Source of the DNA: Paraspadella gotoi | Lineage: Eukaryota > Animalia > Chaetognatha | DNA length: 64,000 bases | NCBI GenBank assembly: GCA_051294375.1 | Contig: CM119264.1 | Span: forward strand, 26,446,008-26,510,007 | Direction of reading: 5' to 3' | Part shown: positions 34,903-48,356 of the stretch, one piece after another | Numbering within the stretch: the stretch's first letter is position 1 | Layout of the letters: the number at the start of each line of letters is the position of its first letter | Translations under genes and position numbers: made by a program | The notes under the pieces: model-generated | What the model saw: the letters and a program-made list of their open reading frames with translations, nothing else | Databases searched by the model: none | What the model was told of the DNA's origin: nothing

Positions 34903-37900
34903 CAATATAACCGAAGTTGGACGAAACCGAAACCGTCCTATTTGAAGCAACGTAATGATTCGGTAATTACAAGTTTGGAAACTAACCGAACTGTAGAAGT
35001 TTTTAATTACGGTAAATTATCTAATATCTAATCATTTTATTAAGTAATCTAATAATATCCTATATTATTCTAACATCATGAATTTATCCGAGAATTAAAA
35101 GTTGCCGACTTTCCGGATTAAAAAAAATGCAAGTCATTCTGTTTATGGTAAGTACAATCTGATCGCTGAGTAAGGATTTAATTGTAAAAAATCTTTCAAG
35201 ACTCCGCGATGAAAAACCTCGATCAAAACACGGCATTAAACACGCCATTAAACACGGCATTAAACACGGTATTAAACACGGCATTATTTCCCAATATTTC
35301 TAGCCACTTATCGGGCGTTAAAATTGTATTGAAATGTAAAAAGGTATTTTACTTGCCTCAAGTCGTATTAAAATAGTGAAAGAAAAAAGAAGGAAAGAAA
35401 GAAAAAAAGAAAAAAAGAAAGAAATAAAGAAAAAAGAAAGAAAGAAAAAAGAAAGAAATATAGAAAACAAGAACGGTAATTACAATGTGTTGCGCCGCAG
35501 TGACTTTATTTTTATGTGTATTTCCCTTTGATTAGATGATATGACATAACATGACATGACTAAAAACTTTTTGCCCATGTATTTATGACTTACAATTTAT
35601 AACAATTATATCTTTTATTCCTTATAGCTTTAGGAATTCCTCAAGCTGGCGCTAGCAGTCCCTTGGATTTGAGTCTTTTTTCTGTCTTAACAAATGAGCA
35701 ATCTACTATAGGCAAATTATATGCATTTTTAACATATGTGGGACAGACCGACGGATAGACATACCAACCGACGGACCGAACGACCGACAGACCGATCGAA
35801 AAGTGACTTATAGAGTTGTTCCGCGAGTACTAAAAAGAAAATAATAAACAAAGAATGAAATATGGAAAATAGGAGAAAAAGAAAAAAATAATGAAAATAA
35901 AAATGTATTTAAAAATATAGAAGCTAAATACCAAACAAACGAATGACAAATTTAAACAGCCATAGGTTATAATTATTACGTAATTATGACATATCTAATT
36001 GGAATATTATTTAATATGGGGTGGGAACGTCAAGCGGTCTATTACTCAGAATGGCTTTTTATCTAAAAGAGTGCGATTCGCTGAAATCCAAAACAATCAA
36101 TGATCATGAATATGATCTTTAAGGCACAAAGATTCCCTTTGTTCATCATCTCAACAATGATTTGAGTCGAAACCTTTTCCCTTCAAAATGACAATTTTCC
36201 ATGTCGCCCATATTCGAAAACAAAGCTTTCCTTTGCCAAAATGACAAACTAATGTCACCCAACGACCTCGGACGACCTTCAACGACGCCGACGACGACAA
36301 CGACGACTTTAAACGCGACTCATCGTCTCATTAATGACTATGACGTCATCAGAATCTTCGCCTAACTTTTTTTTTTTCCTTTTTTCTTCCCTCCTTTGTT
36401 TTTCTATTTTTAGCTCGCTTTATTTTCTTTTCTTTCTTTCTCTTTCTCTCTCGCTCTCTCAACGGCGGCCGTGCTTCCCGACAAAGGGGCGCGCTTGGGA
36501 AGCACGCAACGCGTCTCGCGAGCGACGGCGGTGCCGGCAGCCGACGCGGCGCCGATTTAGGGCTTGAAGCTCTCTCTCTCTATCGCTCGATGGCTGGCGA
36601 TGCGGCGGCTTCGACGGCTGAGTATGCTGAGGCTCATATTGAACAAAGGCGACTCTGGCGGAATAAGGCAGAAACCTGAATTTTGAAACGGCGATAGATG
36701 TCACGACCAGCTTGTTCGCAAAGCAATAGTTGATGAAAAAACAAAAGACAAATAGGGACTCTTGATAATGATTTAAAGGAATTAAAATGGAAATAAGATT
36801 TTAAAGCCAGGGGAATGCATTTTTATCATTGATAAAAACTTTGAAAGATTTTGTGACCTCGCGTCCGGTCATTTTCCTTGGTCATTTAGTTGACCTTTTC
36901 AGACCAGTCTTTTCACCGTTCTAGTCACTTTTTTTTAGCCGAAAATCTCGTCACTTGTTATTCGATCATAATCGTTTCTCTGGAAAAGATCGGCCGTATG
37001 GAACCGTAGTTTTTGCTTTTTTACAAACTTATTTATCCCAAAAAAATTTAAAAAATAGAACTAAGTCCGACCTAACCGACCGAGCTGCAACGACCGCCGC
37101 ATTCAGGAACGCAATCCCTCGACGGATACGCGCGGAGGTTTTGAGCTGCTGCCTTTCGGCCCTGGCCCGGTTCGCCTCTCCTTAGTTAACCCGGGGTCTT
37201 TGGCCTCCGCCGATGACTCCGTATTGACGTGAATCTTCGAGCGGACGTCCCGTCGCCATGTGACGGGTCGAGGCAGAAACCTCGGCCAGAGGGCGTCCTG
37301 CAGTTCTTGTCTCCGAGAGGCCGGATTACAGAGGCTCGCCACGGCCCCCGACGAGGAGACGAGCTGTTGGTGAAAGCCAATCCTAGAAAGAGAAAACCAT
37401 CAGTAGAAAGGCGCCAGTGATAGACATCTGCGGTGCCGGCACCGGACGTTGCGTCGCAAAGACGTCGTCGCGCGTGACGGCGAATTTCCGGCGCCTCGAG
37501 GTGAATCCGTGATTCCATCCGAATTTCTCCTCCTTTGCTTGCTTCCCTTCAACCATCCGGCCAGTTCTCCCTATTCATTTGTTTGATTCATTCCTCAGTC
37601 GTTTGATTTATTCAGTTCTGTTGTCATTTGGGAGGGAGAGGGGCTTTGGTATAGTGATAGCGACCACGACAAGCCCCAGGCCATTGTCTTTACGTAACTG
37701 GAATATGTGGCAGTAATATAATTTATTTAAAGAATTAGATAGTTGGCCAGTGACTACTTTAGATAGGCGATAATATTAGTAATTATGATTTGTTTATATA
37801 TTTTTTTTTCCCTTTACGAACTTTTTTTTTCCCTCACAATTTTCTATTTCGATTTTTCGTCGTTGTTGTTAGTCTGTTGTTTTTGTTGTTGTTGTTGTTA

Positions 37901-38429
37901 TCCACGTCGCTGTGGCAGCCGTTATATTAAATCAGCCTTTCTCGGACTTTTTTCCTTTTTTTCCCTCTAATTCGACAGAATTCGTCTTCGGAAATGTTTC
38001 CGTCTAAAGGTCAGACTTTTATTTTCGGCCAATTCCCTGGGAAAAAGGGGAAAGGAGGCAAAAATAGGGGGAAGAGGGGAAGGGAGAGAGGGGAAGGGGG
38101 AAGGAAAAGGGGAGGGGAGATAGGAGGGGAAGTGGGGAAGGGGGTAGAAAATAATGGTGGAAAAAGCGTAGGAGATGTAAAACCGAAAGGGTGAGGAAAT
38201 CGGCCGAAAAGGTAAGTCGTGAATGTGATGAGTAGTGTTGTTTATTATAATGATATGAACGATGTCATGAGATTGGAAAGTCAGTTTAGTGCAGGGTCGT
38301 TGCTATGACCCATTCATCTACTAATTAAGGTATTAATCAAATTATTTTCCATTGTAACTAATTGGAAACTGTGTTATGGAAAAAACTCCACTAAGAAACG
38401 ACGATTTGGTTAACTCAGCAATTTTTCAC

Positions 38430-38909
38430 TTAATTTCTCTCCTCTTCCCCTTCTCTCTCCTTCCCAATCCTCCTCTCTTACCTTCTCTTCTCTTTTATCC
38501 CTTTCTTTCTCTTCTCTTTCTCTTCTCTTCTTCTCTCTCTTCTCTCTCTGCTTCTCTCTTCTCTTCTTCTTCTCTCTTCTTTCTGGGTAAAAAACGCAAC
38601 ACGCTTAGTTGCAGATTATGCAGCAATGTAGTGAAAATATCTTGAGAAATCGCTCGAGTGAGAGATAGATGAGGACGTTTGATGACTGGACCGCCAACTA
38701 CCATTTTGCTGACCTGTATTTGTCATAAGACAAAAGTTATTTCTCTAATGCTTTTTGAATAACATCATGCGTTCTTCTTTCTCCGTCAGAGTCTCTAACT
38801 TTCTCTTTCTTTATATTTTACTATATTTCATTAATAATTTCATCCCATTCTAAAGTTTACTCTCTCTGTAAATCTCTCCTCCTCTTTCTCTCCTCTTCTC
38901 TCTCTCTCT

Positions 38910-38954
<45 letters not shown>

Positions 38955-39855
38955 TCTCTCTTCTTCTTTCCTTTCTTTCTTACTTTTTTCACACAACTTT
39001 TTTCTCTGTGTCTCTCTTCTCTCTCTCTTTCTTATTATTATATTCTGTCTCTCTTCTCTCTCTCCTCTCGTCTCTCCTCTTCTCTTCTCTACTACTCTCT
39101 CTCTCTCTCTTCTCTCCTCCTTCTCTTCCGCGGGTTCTTACCAAACAAAACTTTATCGATTTGCTAATATAATAATTAAATAACTTTTGCCATTACATTT
39201 TTTCTCTTAAAACTTTTATTAGCAGAGATTATCGTTTTTTCTTAATTGTTGTTTTGTTTCGAGAACCTTCAAACAATATTCTTGACCAAAGCCTCATGCG
39301 AGAACCGAAATTTTCGCGTCTTTTATGGGACTAATAATACCCCGTATAATTCCATAAATATAACCCTATCTCTAATATCCCCCCAGAAGCTCTGAATTGA
39401 CTCCCCTAATTTCGATTCATCTTGAGCACATATCTCGTGCCATTTAGACCAGAAGAGATCACTGACCCGAAAGAAATCCTTGCAGTGATTCGGAACGGGC
39501 CACCTTACCTTTCTTCACTCACCTCTCTTCCGCTTCAACCCTTCACCCCGACCCAAATGACTTACTCACAAAATTATCTTCCCTTCTTTTGAGCATCGCG
39601 GCGTTTCCCTTCAATTCATTAGCCCAATGTATCCATAGCTCGCATAGCCCAGTGCCCGTGGGATTTCTTATTTCGCTTACTACGCTTTCGAAAAAAAGCC
39701 TCGCCCCTTTTCTCGGGCGGTCATCGTGCCCTCAGCCCTGGCTCGTGCTCGGAGGCCCCACCTGGGATTGGCTTTTTAGCTGGCACAGCCTTGTGCGAGG
39801 AAGGAAAAAAAAATATTTTGGATGGGATGTCTCTCTCTCTCTCTCTCTCTCTCTC

Positions 39856-39937
<82 letters not shown>

Positions 39938-41106
39938 TTTCCAAAAAAAACTTCTCCTCCTGGGATGTTTCGTTTTTCTCCATCCTCCATCAATAACAAG
40001 CGAACTGGGCAATTAGACTTTGCATATAAGATGGGCCCTTTGGAGGAAAAAAAGGCACGTTTTTTTTTTGCGATTGGCCGGCGCGGAGAACGCGCCGCCG
40101 CCGCCCGCCGCAGCCCGCCGCCGCAGCCGCCTCTGCCGTTCCGTTCGATTTCCTTTTTTTTTTTCGTAATAATCCTTACTTCTCTTATTTTTCTCTTTCT
40201 TCCTTTTCTGTCCTTTATTATTTTTTCTTTCCTCAGAATTTTAAACATTTACGCTTATAAAAACGTTTTTTTACGCTCTCGTTTCGAACATAATTCAGCA
40301 TAGCTGAACAAAAGTGGGCGGGGGGTGTGAGAGAAGAGAAGGCGAGATAGTGGGAAAGGGAGAGGGATAGAAGGTCAGGAGAGAGAAAGAGGTGGAAAGC
40401 GGTTAAAGAGGATTGTTGAAAGAAGGAAGGTAAGGAAGGGGGGGAAGTAGTAATTTGGGGGAAAAGAATTAAGGGGTAAGGTGGGAAACGTGTGAAGAAG
40501 GGGAAATTGTCAACAGAGGAATTTTACAGGAGGTGAGAATAAAGGGGGAGAGAATGAGGTTAAGCTTAATAGAAGGAAAATCGGTTAGCGATTAGGAGGG
40601 ATAAGCGAAAGGATTTAAAAAAAAAGACGTTTAAGCGGGAAATGGGTGTTGTAGTTTAATTCGAAAAAAAGAGAAAATAAGTTTGAAAAAAAAGGCAAGA
40701 AGAAAAGAAACGAGTTAAATTTGAGCGGAAGGATATTAATCTTTTTTTTTTTCTTAACTTCGTCGTAAGCAGTTTTTTCCGCTTTGAGAAACCGACCCGG
40801 GACGGTCGGTAAGTTAGATCGCGTCTCGACCAAAACCTTCACCCATCTGTTGATCCGGAAGGGCTCAAAAAGGTTAATTCTATTAATTTAAGAGTTTTAG
40901 ATTCTCAATCATTGTAGTTCTTATTTAACAATCGCCGCAAAAGAAGTAACGTCCACTCAGTCGCCCCATCCTTACCTCAACCACTTTCTATCCACCTGGA
41001 CACAATTTTTACGTTCCACTTATACACACAGACAAGCGATGCGTTTGCTTTCGATTCAAACTCGACGAATTCAAAAAACGCGTTTCTCTCTCTCTCTTCT
41101 CTCCTC

Positions 41107-41142
<36 letters not shown>

Positions 41143-41300
41143 CCTCTCTCTTCTCTCTCTCTCTTTTTTTTCTCACTGTCTGTCAGTCTGTTCTGTAAGG
41201 TCTATTGACTTCTGTCTAGCTGTCTGTGTCTATTTCCTATTTCTTTACGAAAGTTTTATTTTCTCTCTCTCACTTTCCTCTCTCTCTCTCTCTCTCTTCT

Positions 41301-41331
<31 letters not shown>

Positions 41332-41466
41332 TTTTTTCTCTCCACTGTCTGTCAGTCTGTCTGTAAGTCTAATTTGACTGTTCTGTCTAGCTGGTCTGTT
41401 GTCTATTTCATCCTTTTTTCTTGACGAAGTTTTTATTTTTTCTCTCTCTTCATTTCCCTCTTCTCT

Positions 41467-41514
<48 letters not shown>

Positions 41515-41545
41515 TCTCTCACTCTCTCTCTCTCTCTCTTCCCCT
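38430..41545. repeat. Zone of dense (CT)n/(GA)n and polypurine low-complexity tracts
   Basis: Directly visible; source of the spurious SLSL/RERE ORFs. Confidence 0.85.
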
Positions 41546-43573
41546 TTTCGTTTTCGAGGTTGGTCGTCTCTTCGCCTTCCTTCGCCTCTTTCGCGCGGAA
41601 AGCTGCGGAAGGTCGTCCCAATCCATCGCCACATAATCTCATTTACATATTTTAGTAAATTACCTCCTTTCGACTTTTAAATTGGTTTTTTTCTTTTTGA
41701 TACGTTTACTGGAGAGAAAACTGCTATAAATAAATGTTAAAGATGAACATGTCTCTAACGGAATTTTTCGGACAATGGGAACAAATTTAGTTCAAACAGT
41801 TGATTGATGTGATTTTTTGATGATTTATTTAATGAATTTTTGGAATCCTTTATAATTTTTGCGGGGTGTTTTTTTTTTGCCTATCAAGTTAGTATTACTT
41901 TTAACATGTTCGGAATTTAGTTTGCGCGTTCATATACAATTTGTGTAATTAAAAAAAAATTTGGAGACTTTTTTCTGGTCGACTGAATTGGTCTTAATTT
42001 GTCCTCATGCTGTTTAGTGTTAAATGAAGTAAAAACAAAATAATTTTTTGACTTGACCTAATTTGATATATTTCTGTTTTTAATCACTTTTCGAATACTT
42101 GATTTCTGTCCAAATAAAATTAATTTTATTGCCGCTTCCACACACGCCCGCCAAAGGAAGACGAGAAAATTAAATTCCCTTCCGGTATCGGAAAAGAACG
42201 AACGTTGATCATAATCTCTAATTAATGGAAAGTTTTAAAGAAAATTAAACAAACAAACACGAAACCGTAAAAAGTAAATCAAAGGAAATATAAACGCCAG
42301 AGAGAAAAAAAAAAACACAGGAATCTCTGGGGAAAAAAAAAATAATCTTGTAAAATAAAAAAAGCGATTGGGGGGAAACTTATAACGAGAGACCCGGGCC
42401 GATAATAGTTTCAGGGCCACATCGATGGCTGCGGCCCGCGACTCCAGCCGCTGCCGCCGCCGCTGCTGCCTACGAACTCACGCTGCAGCAGCCTGTTCCA
42501 GCTTGCCTTGCCCCGCAAAACTGTCGCCGTCCCGTCTATACATTTTCCAGTCTCGGATGTTTTAAGCCTCTCTTGCCCGAAAAACCCATCGACGTTCCTT
42601 TTCGCTCCGCGTTGGCTCCTACTTCGATTTTCTTACCGGCTTCCGCTGCCGCTCCTGCCGCGTCGTTCCTGCCCTCCTGCGCGAATTCGCGAAGGCGCCG
42701 GAAGAAGGTCGACGGAAAATCAAAATAAAAAATCGCGAATAAAAAATCCGGAAATGATGATTAGAAAATGGCCAGTGATTTGATTTGGTATTTTCAACAA
42801 TGAAATTGAAAAACTTAAATAACTATTATTTCTTTTTTTTCCCACTGTATAAATATGAAACCACCTCTTTTCTTTTTAAAAAAAACGGTTGCGCTATAGT
42901 TATCTTCTCTTATAACATAGAACTCACTGGGTGGAATTTTCTATGCTTTCAAAATACGGTTAAGACATGATTTCTTTTTACGACAATCAATCTAATTACA
43001 GGTATTCTGACATAACTAAGATTTGAAAAACTAAAACGCATTTTTCACGAAGGGAACTTTTAAAGATTTAAATTTGCTCGTCAGCATTTCTATCGCGTTT
43101 TTAGATATAACTACTGCTTAAGGCAAAACAATGGCACGTATATTTTTGTTAAATTCTGTTTTCCTTTTTTTTTATCCACTTATTTTTTCTTCTCTTGAAC
43201 CTTTCTCTCTGTCCTTCTTTTTTTCTCTCTTTCTCTCTGTCTTCTCCTCCCTTTTCTCATACTTTTCTGCCTCAATATTTCTCTGTGTTCATCCCTTTCT
43301 TTTCTCCTTAGACTTTATTTCCCTGCCTCTCAAATCTCTTTTTTTTTCTTCCCTCTCTGATCTCTTTCCTCCCTGTTTTTATCTTTTCTTTTCTTCAATT
43401 GTTTCTCGTTTCCCTCCCTCTCCCCATTATATTTTAATTTTCTTTTCAATCTTTTTCCCTATCTCCTTTCAATTTTTTTTCACCCATTCTCTCTTCTTCT
43501 CTCATTTCTTTTCTCATTTCCACAATGGTAAGAAAATCTCTCTCTTTTNNNNNNNNNNNNNNNNNNNNNNNNN

Positions 43574-44119
43574 TACATTTTTTCTGAAAACTTTTATTCA
43601 GAGATTATCTTTTTCTTAATTGTTGCTTTTGTTTCGAGACCTCAAACAATTCTGCGCAATGAGCAGAGAACCGAATCGGCTTATGACTAATAAACCCCTA
43701 ATTCCAAAATAATCCCACCCTAAATCCCCCAAAGCTCATTGTCCCTCTTCGATCTCTGGCCATATCTCCGCCTTTGACCAGAAATCCCTTACCCGAGACA
43801 TCCTTCGATTCCGAAGGCCACTTACCTTTCTCACTCACCTCTCTTCCGCTCAACCTTCACCCCGACCCATGACTTACTCACAAATTTATCTTCCCTTCTC
43901 TTGAGCATCGCGGCGTTCCCTTAATCATTGCCCAATGTCCATAGCCGCATAGCCCAGTGCCCGTGGGATTTCTTATTCGCTTACTACGCTTTCGAAAAAA
44001 GCCTCGCCCCTTTTCTCGGGCGGTCATCCGTGCCCTCAGCCCTGGCTCGTGCCTCGGCCCCACCTGGATGGCTTTAGTGGCACAGCCTGTGCGAGGAGAA
44101 AAAAAAATATTTGGATGGG

Positions 44120-44193
<74 letters not shown>

Positions 44194-45221
44194 TCCAAAA
44201 ACTTCTCCCTGGGTGTTTCGTTTTCTCCATCCTCCATCAATAACAAGCGAACTGGCATTAGACTTTGCATATAGATGGGCCCCTTTGGAAAAAAGGCACG
44301 TTTTTGCGATTGGCCGGCGCGGAGAACGCGCCGCCGCCGCCCGCCGCAGCCCGCCGCCGCAGCCGCCTCCTGCCGTTCCGTCGATTTTCCTTTTTTTTCG
44401 TAATATCCTTACTTCTCTATTTTTTCTCTTTCTTCCTTTTCTGTCTCTTTATTATTTTTTTCTTTCCTCAGAATTTTAAACATTTACGCTTATAAAAACG
44501 TTTTTTTACGCTCTTTCGTTCGAACATTAATTCAGCAATAGCTGAACAAAAGTGGGGGGNNNNNNNNNNNNNNNNNNNNNNNNNNNNNNNNNNNNNNNNN
44601 NNNNNNNNNNNNNNNNNNNNNNNNNNNNNNNNNNNNNNNNNNNNNNNNNNNNNNNNNNNNNNNNNNNNNNNNNNNNNNNNNNNNNNNNNNNNNNNNNNNN
44701 NNNNNNNNNNNNNNNNNNNNNNNNNNNNNNNNNNNNNNNNNNNGAGGAAATTTAAAGGGGTGAGAATAAAGGGGAGAGAATGAGGTAAGTTAATAGAAGA
44801 AAATCGGTTAGCGATAGGAGGGATAAGCGAAAGGATTAAAAAAAAGAGTTTAAGGGGAAATGGGTGTTGTAGTTAGATCGAAAAAAGAGAAAAATAAGTT
44901 TGAAAAAAAAAAGGAAAGAAGAAAGAAAACGAGTTAAATTTGAGCGAAGGATATTAATCTTTTTTTTTTCTTACTATTTTTTTTTCCTTACTCGTCGTAA
45001 GCAGTTTTTCCGCTTGAGAAAACCCACCCGGACGTCGGTAAGTTCGATCGCGTCTCGTCTCGGCCAAACCTCACCCATCTGTTGATCCGGCAGGGCTCAA
45101 AAGGTTAATTCTATTAATTAAGAGTGTTAGATTCTCATCGTGTAAGTTCTTATTTAACAATCGCCGCAAAGAAGTAACGTCCACTCAGTCGCCCCATCCT
45201 TACCTCAACCACTTCTGATCC
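43574..45221 (+). repeat. Gap-bounded, deletion-rich redundant copies of about 39195-40325 and 40516-40993
   Basis: Same text in the same orientation, between N gaps 43549-43573, 44560-44743 and 45222-45246. Confidence 0.85.
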
Positions 45222-45277
45222 NNNNNNNNNNNNNNNNNNNNNNNNNAGGGGAAGAGAGAGAGAGAGAGAGTGAGAGA

Positions 45278-45325
<48 letters not shown>

Positions 45326-45460
45326 AGAGAAGAGGGAAATGAAGAGAGAGAAAAAATAAAAACTTCGTCAAGAAAAAAGGATGAAATAGACAACAGACCA
45401 GCTAGACAGAACAGTCAAATTAGACTTACAGACAGACTGACAGACAGTGGAGAGAAAAAA

Positions 45461-45491
<31 letters not shown>

Positions 45492-45649
45492 AGAAGAGAG
45501 AGAGAGAGAGAGAGGAAAGTGAGAGAGAGAAAATAAAACTTTCGTAAAGAAATAGGAAATAGACACAGACAGCTAGACAGAAGTCAATAGACCTTACAGA
45601 ACAGACTGACAGACAGTGAGAAAAAAAAGAGAGAGAGAGAAGAGAGAGG

Positions 45650-45685
<36 letters not shown>

Positions 45686-46854
45686 GAGGAGAGAAGAGAG
45701 AGAGAGAAACGCGTTTTTTGAATTCGTCGAGTTTGAATCGAAAGCAAACGCATCGCTTGTCTGTGTGTATAAGTGGAACGTAAAAATTGTGTCCAGGTGG
45801 ATAGAAAGTGGTTGAGGTAAGGATGGGGCGACTGAGTGGACGTTACTTCTTTTGCGGCGATTGTTAAATAAGAACTACAATGATTGAGAATCTAAAACTC
45901 TTAAATTAATAGAATTAACCTTTTTGAGCCCTTCCGGATCAACAGATGGGTGAAGGTTTTGGTCGAGACGCGATCTAACTTACCGACCGTCCCGGGTCGG
46001 TTTCTCAAAGCGGAAAAAACTGCTTACGACGAAGTTAAGAAAAAAAAAAAGATTAATATCCTTCCGCTCAAATTTAACTCGTTTCTTTTCTTCTTGCCTT
46101 TTTTTTCAAACTTATTTTCTCTTTTTTTCGAATTAAACTACAACACCCATTTCCCGCTTAAACGTCTTTTTTTTTAAATCCTTTCGCTTATCCCTCCTAA
46201 TCGCTAACCGATTTTCCTTCTATTAAGCTTAACCTCATTCTCTCCCCCTTTATTCTCACCTCCTGTAAAATTCCTCTGTTGACAATTTCCCCTTCTTCAC
46301 ACGTTTCCCACCTTACCCCTTAATTCTTTTCCCCCAAATTACTACTTCCCCCCCTTCCTTACCTTCCTTCTTTCAACAATCCTCTTTAACCGCTTTCCAC
46401 CTCTTTCTCTCTCCTGACCTTCTATCCCTCTCCCTTTCCCACTATCTCGCCTTCTCTTCTCTCACACCCCCCGCCCACTTTTGTTCAGCTATGCTGAATT
46501 ATGTTCGAAACGAGAGCGTAAAAAAACGTTTTTATAAGCGTAAATGTTTAAAATTCTGAGGAAAGAAAAAATAATAAAGGACAGAAAAGGAAGAAAGAGA
46601 AAAATAAGAGAAGTAAGGATTATTACGAAAAAAAAAAAGGAAATCGAACGGAACGGCAGAGGCGGCTGCGGCGGCGGGCTGCGGCGGGCGGCGGCGGCGC
46701 GTTCTCCGCGCCGGCCAATCGCAAAAAAAAAACGTGCCTTTTTTTCCTCCAAAGGGCCCATCTTATATGCAAAGTCTAATTGCCCAGTTCGCTTGTTATT
46801 GATGGAGGATGGAGAAAAACGAAACATCCCAGGAGGAGAAGTTTTTTTTGGAAA

Positions 46855-46936
<82 letters not shown>

Positions 46937-47619
46937 GAGAGAGAGAGAGAGAGAGAGAGAGACATCCCATCCAAAATATTTTTTTTTCCTTCCTCGCACA
47001 AGGCTGTGCCAGCTAAAAAGCCAATCCCAGGTGGGGCCGAGGCAACGAAAGCCAGGGCTGAAGGGCAACGGATGAACCGCCCGAGAAAAGGGGCGAGGCT
47101 TTTTTTCCGAAAGCGTAGTAAGCGAAATAAGAAATCCCATCGGGCACTGGGCTATGCGGCTATGGACATTGGGCTAATGAAATTGTAAGGGAAACGCCGC
47201 GATGCTGCAAAAGAGGGAAGATAAATTTGTGAGTAAGTCATTTGGGTCGGGGTGAAGGGTTGAGCGGAAGAGAGGTGAAGTGAAGAAAGGTAAGGTGGCC
47301 CTTCGAATCCGAAGGATGTCTCGGGTCAAGGGATTTCTGGTCAAAGGCGGGAGATATGTGCTAGAGATCGAAAGAGAGGGACAATTGAGCTTTGGGGGGA
47401 TTTAGGGGTGGGATTATTTTGGAATTAGGGTTTATTAGTCCCATAAGCGCGAATTCGGTTCTCTGCATCATTTTGCGCAAGAATATGTTTGAAGAGTTCT
47501 CGAATACAAAACATACAATTAAGAAAAAGATAATCTCTGCAATATTAAAGTTTTAAGAAAAAAATGTAAGATTACTTATAAATCAACGAAAAGTTTTGTT
47601 TGGAAGAACCCGGGAAGGA

Positions 47620-47671
<52 letters not shown>

Positions 47672-47777
47672 GGAGAGAGAGAGAGACAGAATATAATAAT
47701 AAGAAAGAGAGAGAGAAAGAGAGACACAGAGAAAAAAGCTTGTGTGAAAAAAAGTAAAGAAAGAAAAGGAAAGAAAG

Positions 47778-47832
<55 letters not shown>

Positions 47833-48315
47833 AGAGGAGAGAGAGAAAGAGGAGAGAAGAGAGGAGGAGAGGAAAGAGAGAGTAGAAGTAGTAATGATGA
47901 AAACTTTTTAATAAATATGGAGAAAAAATATATAGAAAGAAGAAAGTTAATGACTGCGGAGAAAGAAGAACATGAGTTATTTCAAAGAACATTGAGACTT
48001 TTTTTTTGCAAATACGGTCAGCAAATGGTAGTTTGGCGGTCCAGTCATTCAAACGTCCTTGTTCTTCTCTATCGAGGATGTTCTTCGAGCATTTTTTCAC
48101 TATCATTGCTGCATAAATCTGCAACTAAGCGTGTTTGGCGTTTTTTACCCCCTAGAGAGAGAGAGAGAGAGAAGAAGAAGAGAGAGAGAGAAGCAGAGAG
48201 AGAAGAGAGAGAGAGAAGAGAGAGAGAAAGAGAAGAGAGAGAGAGAGAGAAGGAGAGATGAGAAAGAGAGGAAGAGAGAGAGAGAGTAGAGATGAGGAGG
48301 AAGGGATTGAAGGTA

Positions 48316-48356
<41 letters not shown>

